Source: Nitrospirales bacterium (GTDB lineage Bacteria; Nitrospirota; Nitrospiria; Nitrospirales; UBA8639). From it: DNA of 64,000 bases. Each line of letters starts with the position of its first letter. The stretch's first letter is position 1. The notes beneath the pieces are model-generated. The model was given only the letters and a program-made list of their open reading frames with translations. It was not told the origin of the DNA and did not search any database. Both the position numbers and the translations under genes were made by a program. Shown piece after piece: positions 50,003 through 57,718 of the stretch. The stretch is taken from assembly GCA_963422365.1 (NCBI GenBank), contig OY729426.1, forward strand, positions 1,120,001 to 1,184,000, written 5' to 3'.

Positions 50003-50437
50003 ATGAGGGTAACCCTTTGTGGGGAGGACTCCTACGATAATCGTCAAAAATTGCTGCACACACGAGTGCGCGCCGCCAGTGATATGGAGACAACCATCGC
50101 GTTTTATCGAGACGTGCTGGGACTGGAAGTGTTGGAACGAAAGGTCCTGCCATGTGGTTCGCATTTAGCCTTTCTGGCGGTTCCTCACAGCGATGAACTC
50201 ATTGAACGGTGTCGTTTCCCGGCGAGTGGTCTCGTCAGCGTGCAGGACGATCTGATTCATCTCGTGTTTGAAATCGAAGACCTTGATCAGGCGATGGATC
50301 AGTTGAAGGCCAAGCATGGCCCCATCACGGATGGCCCGACTCGAACGTCTTCTGGCAGCTGGTTTATTTTTATCGATGCTCAGGATGGCTACGAAGTGGA
50401 GTTGATTGAACGAGCGCCAGGTACGGTGATTGCGTAG
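50003..50437 (+). CDS. VOC/glyoxalase family protein (5' end possibly degraded)
   Basis: LLHTRV, FYRDVLGL, HLVFEIEDL, FIDAQDGYEVELIE. Confidence 0.75.
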   Translation: MRVTLCGEDSYDNRQKLLHTRVRAASDMETTIAFYRDVLGLEVLERKVLPCGSHLAFLAVPHSDELIERCRFPASGLVSVQDDLIHLVFEIEDLDQAMDQLKAKHGPITDGPTRTSSGSWFIFIDAQDGYEVELIERAPGTVIA

Positions 50438-50457
50438 CAGGCTTCGGATTACACCAC

Positions 50458-52158
50458 ATGACTCATCCGACTTCTTTACTTGAATCGACGTTGGCGCATC
50501 TACCCAACCAGCCCGGCGTGTACCTGATGAAAAGCAAGGGTGGCGAAATGCTCTACATCGGGAAAGCCCGGGTGTTAGCGGACCGGGTTCGTTCGTATTT
50601 TCAAAAAGGAAGCGACCTGAGCCCCAAAACTCGCGTCTTAACGGCGTTGATTCATGACATTGAGACGATCATCACCAAATCTGAATTAGAGGCCCTCTTG
50701 CTCGAAAGCAATCTGGTGAAACGCCATCGTCCTCGGTTCAACGTGGTGCTCCGCGACGATAAGCACTATCCTTACCTCCGTCTGCCGGTGAAGGAACAGT
50801 TTCCCCGTCTCTCGATTGTGCGTCGCGTGAAGAACGATGGGGCGCTGTATTTTGGTCCCTATGTGCCGGCAGGAGCGCTTCGAGCAACCCTCAAAGTCAT
50901 CAAAAAAGTTTTTCCGCTGGCGACATGCACGATCGACATTGATGGGACAGCCGACCGGGCCTGTTTGGAATTTGAAATCAAGCGCTGCATGGCGCCCTGT
51001 ACCGGCAATCAATCGAAGGAAGACTATCATCGCATCGTCAAACAGGTTCGATGTTTTTTGGAGGGGCGGGATAAGGAATTGCTGGATGGATTACGAAAGG
51101 ATATGGAAACGGCTTCTGACCACCAAGCATTTGAAGAAGCGGCCCGACTGCGGGATCGTATGGTGAGCATCTCCAAGACGTTGGAAAAACAGCGTGTGGC
51201 TCAAATCGGGCCAGTGGATCAAGATGTTCTGGGCTTGGCCAGAATGGGACCGGCGGCGGATTTGCAACTGTTGTTTGTGCGCGGCGGCTTATTGATCGGC
51301 CGCAAGGATTTTTTTTGGGCTGATACGAAGGAGGCTTCCGATGAGGAGTTGATTCGATCGGCCATTGAACAATTTTATAATAGAGAAACGAAGCCCCCCA
51401 AGGAACTGTTAGTGTCCGAAGTGCTGTCCGACCGGGAATTGATTCAACGCTGGCTCAGTCAAAAGAAAGGCCGGCGGGTACGGATACGGATTCCCGAACG
51501 AGGAACAAAATGTCAACTGCTCCAATTGGCCCAAGAAAATGCCGCCGCGGCCCTTGGAGAGCATGTGCATAACACTGCGGTGGAACACAAGGAAGCCGAA
51601 GACCTGCAGTGCTTGCTTAGGCTGCCGAAGCTGCCGAGTCGGGTGGAGGGATTTGATATTTCCAATACCATGGGTACCCATTCCGTGGCCTCGATGGTGG
51701 TGTGGGAAGATGGAAAAATGAAGAAATCGGATTACCGGCGGTTTCGTATCAAGACAGTCGAGGGGGCAAATGACTTCGCGAGTATGCAAGAAGTCGTCAA
51801 ACGCCGGTATGGCCGAGGAACCCTCGGCACCCGGAACGAGAAGGCGTTGCCTCTTCCCGATCTCATCCTGATCGACGGGGGAATGGGACAATTGGGTGCG
51901 GCGGTGGAGGCCTTACGGTCTCTCGGTCTTGGCCACCTTCCCCTGATCGGATTAGCCAAAGCCAAAGGCGAGAAAGAAGAACGAATATATGCACTCGGGC
52001 ATCGCGACCCGCTCATTCTGTCTCCCATGTCGCACGTTTCTCGATTACTCCAGCGCATCCGGGACGAAGCGCATCGCTTTGCCATCACCTACCATCGAAA
52101 ACTTCGAGGCCAAGCCTTTGTCGTGCCTTCCTCGAAATTAGCCAAAACGCGCAAATAA
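50458..52158 (+). CDS. uvrC: Excinuclease ABC subunit UvrC (no C-terminal HhH visible)
   Basis: PGVYLM..YIGKA (GIY-YIG), EGFDISN, DFASM, PDLILIDGG.GQ, RDEAHRFA. Confidence 0.95.
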   Translation: MTHPTSLLESTLAHLPNQPGVYLMKSKGGEMLYIGKARVLADRVRSYFQKGSDLSPKTRVLTALIHDIETIITKSELEALLLESNLVKRHRPRFNVVLRDDKHYPYLRLPVKEQFPRLSIVRRVKNDGALYFGPYVPAGALRATLKVIKKVFPLATCTIDIDGTADRACLEFEIKRCMAPCTGNQSKEDYHRIVKQVRCFLEGRDKELLDGLRKDMETASDHQAFEEAARLRDRMVSISKTLEKQRVAQIGPVDQDVLGLARMGPAADLQLLFVRGGLLIGRKDFFWADTKEASDEELIRSAIEQFYNRETKPPKELLVSEVLSDRELIQRWLSQKKGRRVRIRIPERGTKCQLLQLAQENAAAALGEHVHNTAVEHKEAEDLQCLLRLPKLPSRVEGFDISNTMGTHSVASMVVWEDGKMKKSDYRRFRIKTVEGANDFASMQEVVKRRYGRGTLGTRNEKALPLPDLILIDGGMGQLGAAVEALRSLGLGHLPLIGLAKAKGEKEERIYALGHRDPLILSPMSHVSRLLQRIRDEAHRFAITYHRKLRGQAFVVPSSKLAKTRK

Positions 52159-52369
52159 GTCGAAGGTTCTCCCGTACTTTTTGGTCTTTTGACTGAAAGA
52201 GCCTTTCTCACTGTCTCTTGTTGAATTGCCAAATTGGTAACGGCTTATTTGAAGCCGTATGCACCAACCAAGGTCGTCAGCCGTGCCTTTCGTTCCGGCG
52301 GGAACGTTCCGGTGCGTGGGTACGAAGTCGGTTGAGTGCTGAAGCTGTCAATGATGGCATAATGCATTC

Positions 52370-52606
52370 ATGGCCATACAGATCACAATCAGAGGTGTGT
52401 CCGAAGAAGTCCGTGATGAACTCGCGGTGCGCGTGGCACTTCAACGCCAGTCCATGCAGGAATTCCTCCGCTGCGAATTGGAGCGTATCGCGTCATGGCC
52501 CTCCGTTGGCGCGTGGCTGCAAGAAGTTCGCAACCGCAAGGCAGAAACAGAAACGCGGGTCCCACCGTCCCGTATCCTGCGTGCCCGTGCCCCGGATCGG
52601 CCGTGA
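52370..52606 (+). CDS. FitA/VapB-like ribbon-helix-helix antitoxin
   Basis: ITIRGV.EEVRDEL...SMQEFLR; stop overlaps the toxin start (GTGA). Confidence 0.8.
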   Translation: MAIQITIRGVSEEVRDELAVRVALQRQSMQEFLRCELERIASWPSVGAWLQEVRNRKAETETRVPPSRILRARAPDRP

Positions 52607-53007
52607 CGACCGTCGTCGACGGATCCGTGCTGGTTGCGGCCTTGGTCGACTCAGGGCGTGAAGGGAGGTGGGCGGAATCCGTGCTTGCCGAAGGCTTGCT
52701 GGCCAGTCCGGAAGAGGCCTTGGCTGCGGCCAGCAACATCCTGCGTCGGGTGGAACGGATTGTCCGGATCTCACGCATAGAGTCCGAAAGCGCGCACGTT
52801 GACCTGCTGCGACTCGATGTGGAGTGGTTCCCCTTCGCGCGGCCCTTCGCCGAGCGGGTATGGGCATTGCGCGGCAACCTGACCAGCTACGATGCCTGGT
52901 ACGTGGCGCTGGCCGAGGCACTTGATTGCCCGCCGGTGACACTTGACCGGAAGCTCAGCCGTGCCATCGGCCCCATGTGCAAGGTCATCACTCTGCCCCG
53001 TTCGTAG
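52603..53007 (+). CDS. vapC: VapC PIN-domain toxin
   Basis: VVDGSVLV, NLTSYDAWYVALAE, VTLDRKL. Confidence 0.85.
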   Translation: MTTVVDGSVLVAALVDSGREGRWAESVLAEGLLASPEEALAAASNILRRVERIVRISRIESESAHVDLLRLDVEWFPFARPFAERVWALRGNLTSYDAWYVALAEALDCPPVTLDRKLSRAIGPMCKVITLPRS

Positions 53008-53074
53008 ACAAGAAAGAAGAACGAATAATTCCCAAAGAATGCAAGCGGCTGGCTGAGGATGACTTCTCGGTGGC

Positions 53075-53250
53075 CGAAGTCTTGAAGCACAAGGAAAGTG
53101 GAAAGGGTTCCATTCCATCAGGATGAATGACCAGTGGCGATTGGTGTTTCGATGGAGTGGGGGTCATGCCTATGGCGTGCAAATCATCGACTATCACGAA
53201 AGGAGGCAAAACGCAGTGAATAAACAACCGAAGAATCCTTTTCATCCCTA
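53075..53250 (+). pseudogene. HigB-like toxin 3' remnant plus first codons of a HigA-like antitoxin
   Basis: GKWKGFHSIRMNDQWRLVFRW...VQIIDYH, then AGGAGG and GTG-NKQPKNPFHP, truncated. Boundaries approximate. Confidence 0.72.
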
Positions 53251-53415
53251 CCTGCTCGACAGCTTGGGTCACTGGAACGCGACGAAACTCCTACGTGAAT
53301 GTGTTTCGCGGTGTTACCCTCTGCCATGGGTTAAACGGGAACCATGGCAGGCTGCCGATCCGGATTTCGCCTCCAAGCCCGATGGAATGGAACCACCGGT
53401 GAGGTGTAATCGTGC

Positions 53416-53538
53416 GGCGACCGTGACTTCCATGTCCGCGCCGCCGTGGTCCTAGCCAAGTTCGTGAATGAACAAGGGTTGGAAATCGAAGTTCTCCAGA
53501 TAGTTTCTGATCTTATCTCTGCCGAGGATCGTCGGCAT
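53416..53538 (-). pseudogene. 5' remnant of a paralogue of the methyltransferase at 57719-61034
   Basis: MPTILGRDKIRNYLENFDFQPLFIHELG*DHGGADMEVTVA versus MPSNLDRNRVRNHLENFDLRLLFIEELGWDHGGTDTEATVA. Confidence 0.8.
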
Positions 53539-53656
53539 TCGGAATGTCCTGGGTTGGTTGTCAGTTTTTTTTCGTTCTCAATCCACAATCTTCAGTCCAC
53601 AATCCTTTGCCTACAGATGCCACACATCGGACAAGGCGGCCATCTTACGGCAAAAA

Positions 53657-53696
53657 CAAATAGTATACTATATTTGCAATAATACACTATTTTTGC
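53657..53696 (+). promoter_or_regulatory. Palindromic operator-like sites upstream of abiEi
   Basis: CAAATAGTATACTATATTTG (perfect core ATAGTATACTAT) followed by the related AATAATACACTATTTTTGC, in an AT-rich tract. Confidence 0.45.
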
Positions 53697-53789
53697 GAAT
53701 TATCATATTTATTATATAGAGATCAGTTGACTCCTTCTGGAGGTAAAATTAAAATTATATTTTAAATAATTCTCGTAAATAGTGAAATT

Positions 53790-54617
53790 ATGAATATAGA
53801 ATATACTTATTCGGCAGATAGCTCACTACCAATCGGCCGGCGCAAACTTGCAGCCGTGATACGGGCCGCCAACGACGTCATCGAAATTGATGATGTCGTA
53901 GCAACGCTTACTACCGGCAGAATTGAAGCCTCCAAGCTGCTGTCCCGATGGGCCGGTCAGGGCTGGTTGCGGCGTGTTGGTGGAGGTGCCTATGTCCCTG
54001 TGCCTCTGGATTCGCTTGACAGCCAACATGTGCTTGAAGACCCCTGGGTGCTTGTTCCTGCCCTTTATACCCCGGCCTATATTGGAGGCTGGACGGCAGG
54101 GGAATACTGGGATCTTACGGAGCAGTTATTCCGCGACGTCATCATCATGACGGCACAGCCGGTTCGCGAAAAGAGTCAGGTCCGTCACGGGGCACGGTTT
54201 AGGCTATACCACATTCAGGAACGTAAAATCTTCGGCATGAGGCCCGTCTGGCGCGGTTGTTCCAAAGTGCTGCTGTCGGATGTTCACCGGACCGTGATCG
54301 ACATGTTGGACAATCCTGCCCTGGGCGGCGGGATTCAACACGTATCCGATTGCCTGGGTGCTTATCTGAAACGCTCCGATCGTAGCGATGATACGCTCAT
54401 TGCCTATGCCGAGAGGCTTGGTAACGGAGCAGTATTCAAGCGCCTCGGCTTTTTGGCCGACCAACGTTCTGACACTTCCCATTTGACTGATGTTTGCCTG
54501 GCACATCTGACGGCAGGCAACGCCAAGCTCGATACCACCCTCAGATGCTCCCGCCTGATTTCCAAATGGCGCCTCTGGATCCCGCCAACTTGGATGGGAG
54601 AAATGCCGCATGATTGA
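53790..54617 (+). CDS. abiEi: Type IV TA AbiEi-family antitoxin / transcriptional regulator
   Basis: N-terminal wHTH (LSRW..QGWLRRV..GAY), YIGGWTA.EYWDLTEQ, SD..RT.IDML..P..GGG, KRLGFL; overlaps the toxin. Confidence 0.85.
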   Translation: MNIEYTYSADSSLPIGRRKLAAVIRAANDVIEIDDVVATLTTGRIEASKLLSRWAGQGWLRRVGGGAYVPVPLDSLDSQHVLEDPWVLVPALYTPAYIGGWTAGEYWDLTEQLFRDVIIMTAQPVREKSQVRHGARFRLYHIQERKIFGMRPVWRGCSKVLLSDVHRTVIDMLDNPALGGGIQHVSDCLGAYLKRSDRSDDTLIAYAERLGNGAVFKRLGFLADQRSDTSHLTDVCLAHLTAGNAKLDTTLRCSRLISKWRLWIPPTWMGEMPHD

Positions 54618-55995
54618 CCAGCGCGAGATTATCGACGCTGCGACTGAGCTTGGTCTCAATCCCCATGTGATTGAGAAGGACTACGTCCTGGGTTGGGTAC
54701 TCTGGGGTATCTACGGTCACGACAAGTTGGCCGGAAGCTGGATATTCAAAGGCGGCACCTGCCTGAAGAAGTGCTTTTTTGAAACCTATCAATTTTCGGA
54801 AGACCTGGATTTTACGCTCACCGATTCTTCACATGTAGATGCCATGTTTCTCAAAACGGTATTCGCCGAAATCGGCGAACGCATATACGAAGAGACTGGT
54901 ATCGAGGTGCCGACAGACTTTCAGCAATTTGAAATCTACGCAAATCCGCGTGGCTTGGAATCCTGCCAGGGGCGGATCGGCTATCAGGGGCCAATATCGC
55001 CGCCGCGTGGCAAGAACATGCCACGGATCAAAGTTGACCTGACCGCGGATGAATGCGTCGTCTTGCCTCCGGTTCGGGCTCTTGTCTTTCATCCATACGG
55101 CGATATCCCAGCCAGCGGGATCGTCGTACAGTCCTATGCCTATGAGGAGGCTTTCGCCGAAAAAATCCGTGCGCTTGCTGAGCGAGCGCGGCCCCGTGAC
55201 CTTTACGATGTCATTAACCTGTTCCGGAACGCTGAAGCACGGCCAGCTGCCTCTGTGCTTCTCGACGTGCTTCGTCAGAAATGTGATTTCAAGGGCATCG
55301 GTCTCCCTGTTCTCAACGCACTTGAGTTGCACAAGTCCGATTTAGAGGGTGCTTGGGGCACGATGCTCGCCCATCAACTCCCCGCTCTGCCGCCTTTCGA
55401 GTGGTTCTGGCATAAGTTGTTGGAATTCTTTGCGTGGCTTGAGGGCGGGGCGGCACCGGCCATCCCTGCTGCCTACAAGAGAGCTATCGGCGAAGAGCTT
55501 ATCAGAGAACGTACTTTACGTCTGCCGGTCTCAAGGGCCGTCCGATCCTATCTGGAGATCACCCGATTCGCTGCTTCCAACCGGCTTTGCGTTGAACTCG
55601 ACTACCGGAGTTCGACCAGGCTGATCGAACCGTATTCGCTACGCCGCACCAAAGAAGGTAACATTATTCTTCATGCTCACAACGTGGATAGGAATGAACA
55701 CAGGAGCTATCGCGTAGACCGCATTCAGGGGGCTCGAGTGACCGACAAGATTTTTACACCACGTTTTGAGATCGAACTGACACCAACTGGCCCGGTTGTC
55801 ATAGCGCCGACAGCCGCATGTGAAACCTCAGGCTCCTTGCGAAGCGCCAGCGGTCCAACCTACGTTTATGAGTGTTCGTTTTGCGGAAAACATTTCAACC
55901 GCGGACAGCAAACAACGTTCCTCAATCCACACAAGGACACGAGTGGTTATCCTTGTCCTGGCAGATATGCCCAGTGGATAGATGCACGGTATTAG
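54610..55995 (+). CDS. abiEii: AbiEii/AbiGii nucleotidyltransferase toxin fused to a C-terminal WYL domain and Cys/His tail
   Basis: IEKDYVL, FKGGT, FSEDLDF, AEKIRAL.ER.RPRDLYD; WYL-like ELDY..STRLIEPYSL...RSYRVDRI; tail CSFC...H...C. Confidence 0.87.
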   Translation: MIDQREIIDAATELGLNPHVIEKDYVLGWVLWGIYGHDKLAGSWIFKGGTCLKKCFFETYQFSEDLDFTLTDSSHVDAMFLKTVFAEIGERIYEETGIEVPTDFQQFEIYANPRGLESCQGRIGYQGPISPPRGKNMPRIKVDLTADECVVLPPVRALVFHPYGDIPASGIVVQSYAYEEAFAEKIRALAERARPRDLYDVINLFRNAEARPAASVLLDVLRQKCDFKGIGLPVLNALELHKSDLEGAWGTMLAHQLPALPPFEWFWHKLLEFFAWLEGGAAPAIPAAYKRAIGEELIRERTLRLPVSRAVRSYLEITRFAASNRLCVELDYRSSTRLIEPYSLRRTKEGNIILHAHNVDRNEHRSYRVDRIQGARVTDKIFTPRFEIELTPTGPVVIAPTAACETSGSLRSASGPTYVYECSFCGKHFNRGQQTTFLNPHKDTSGYPCPGRYAQWIDARY

Positions 55996-56199
55996 AGGTA
56001 GTGGGCGATTACTTTGATGTACCGGAAAAACTAAAAATCCTGATGAGAACGGACGTGTCAATCCCGAAGTGTCGGGTCATAGGGCTGATCAAAGAAGCAA
56101 GGTCAAGCTTAGAGCAACCGGACCCTTCTGGCAGGGTGTTGTGAAGTAAGGATTGTCGTAATATGCCTACATTCGCGAGAAGAAACGGAGGCCCAGCGT

Positions 56200-56470
56200 A
56201 TGGGTATCACAGTCGTTACCAGCAGAGCGTTTAATCAAGATGTGAGTACAGCCAAGAGGGACGCTTTGAAGGGGCCGGTTTTATCACTGATCACGGCGGT
56301 ACGGCGTATGTCTTATTGACCATTGAGGACCATCAAAAGATCACGGAGAAGGAAGCAAGCATCGTTGAATTGTTGGCCATGCCGGAAGCCACCGATGTTG
56401 ATTTTGAGCCACTCCGCTTGAACCGCGAAATGCATAGAACGGCAGACCTGTCCTGATGTATCTGCTTGAT
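56200..56470 (+). pseudogene. Frameshifted Phd/YefM antitoxin plus MYLLD stub of its VapC toxin
   Basis: MGITVVTSRAFNQDVSTAKR..GPV / ITDHG..YVLLTIE...ADLS*, with one base missing near 56280; TGATG overlap with MYLLD. Confidence 0.8.
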
Positions 56471-56707
56471 GTCTTTTCTATGACTGACAGCAACAATTAT
56501 CACGTCTTCTCCGGTGACTTCATAGACAATGCGATAGTCGCCAACACGGATACGATACAGCCGTTCGTATCCCTTCAACTTTTCAACTCCTTGCGAAGAA
56601 GGCAACGCAGCCAGTTCGAGTATCGAGAGTGCGGCATGCCTCTGAATATCTTTCGGCAGCGAACGCAAGTCTTTCAAAACACTGCGTTTAATCGTCAGCT
56701 TCGACAT
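56333..56707 (-). CDS. relE: RelE/ParE-family toxin (native 3' end appears lost; reads into neighbouring remnant)
   Basis: KDLRSL, KLKGYERLYRIRVGDYRIVYEV...VSHRKDI. Confidence 0.78.
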   Translation of the reverse strand: MSKLTIKRSVLKDLRSLPKDIQRHAALSILELAALPSSQGVEKLKGYERLYRIRVGDYRIVYEVTGEDVIIVAVSHRKDIKQIHQDRSAVLCISRFKRSGSKSTSVASGMANNSTMLASFSVIF

Positions 56708-56884
56708 AGGCTAGAAGGTCCCTCAAGGAGGAAATGGGAATGCTCGGCTCGTTTTTTCGCTCTTCGATGATCCGGAGGTCTTCCAACTCTTCCAAACGCT
56801 CGACCAAGGCCAGGAAGTCTTGAAGCGGCAAAACACGGCGGTCCTTTGCCCGTTCGCATCAACAAGAAATTGTGTGGTCATCAT
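56688..56884 (-). pseudogene. Frameshifted antitoxin of the RelE toxin
   Basis: MMTTQFLVDANGQRTAV / PLQDFLALVERLEELEDLRIIEERKNEP...*, with a frameshift near 56830. Confidence 0.7.
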
Positions 56885-57015
56885 AGTTCCTTACGATTTT
56901 TGCTTATACACCGATCACTGGCTGTCAGCCTCACCCCGTAGCCTACAGAGCCCCACTGTGCGTCAACCGGAGACAGATGAGATGAGGCTATCGACTTGCA
57001 CTCCGCTCATTCAAC

Positions 57016-57711
57016 CTACGACCTGTTAGCTGCAAAGACTGGACGGTCTATTCTGTCCACAATCAACGGCGACGGGTCTTGAGCCGAAACCGGCACAACG
57101 CCAAGCTCTACGAGGTGCGCGTTGTCCGGAGAGTCCAGGGTAAACACTGGTTTTTCGTGGGTGAGGGTGGCCTTGCAGAGTTGTTCGATCTTGCCGCCTT
57201 TTTCGGCGTGGGTGATGAGGAGGCGGTCGGCGAGAGAGGCGACGTAGGCGTTGCGTCTGGCTGCCATGGCTGTGGTTGGGCGATGGATGTTGTCGTCGAA
57301 AAAGGAGAGGAGCAGCAGGCGGCCTTCGGCTAAGGGCTTCTTCCAGCCTTTTGGAATCCGCATGTGGCCGAGTCCCAGTGCCGGGCAGACCACGATGGAT
57401 GCCCTGCCACGCAACAGGAGATTCAGGCACTCCTTTTCCATCGGTGATTGGAAACCGCCGATGATCGTCATATCCACGTCTCGGAGCGCCCGTGCGAGAT
57501 CATAGGTCTTGAGAATCGTGTCGCCGGGAGAGCGAACGGAACAGAAAACGGCAATCGGCGCAGTATCGAGGATGCCGAGGTCGCCTTTCGTCGTAACTGT
57601 CAACGGACAGCCGTCATCAGAGCAGCGTCGCAACGCTGATGGATAGTCAATTGCGTCCGGCGATCGCCGACAAAGGTCAGCAGTCACAACTGTGCCGTGG
57701 TTACGTAGCAT
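57016..57711 (-). CDS. Short DprA/Smf (SLOG-fold) protein
   Basis: GDLGILD..IAVFCS, IIGGFQSPME, RLLLLS, RRNAYVASLAD..I.HAEKGG; starts 7 nt after the methyltransferase stop. Confidence 0.7.
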   Translation of the reverse strand: MLRNHGTVVTADLCRRSPDAIDYPSALRRCSDDGCPLTVTTKGDLGILDTAPIAVFCSVRSPGDTILKTYDLARALRDVDMTIIGGFQSPMEKECLNLLLRGRASIVVCPALGLGHMRIPKGWKKPLAEGRLLLLSFFDDNIHRPTTAMAARRNAYVASLADRLLITHAEKGGKIEQLCKATLTHEKPVFTLDSPDNAHLVELGVVPVSAQDPSPLIVDRIDRPVFAANRS

Positions 57712-57718
57712 TCCGCTG

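Noticed and set aside
57016..57711. Canonical competence gene dprA
   Set aside because: Short, lacks the usual flanking domains and the typical VSGLA.GID motif, and sits in a methyltransferase operon. Kept only as SLOG/DprA-like.
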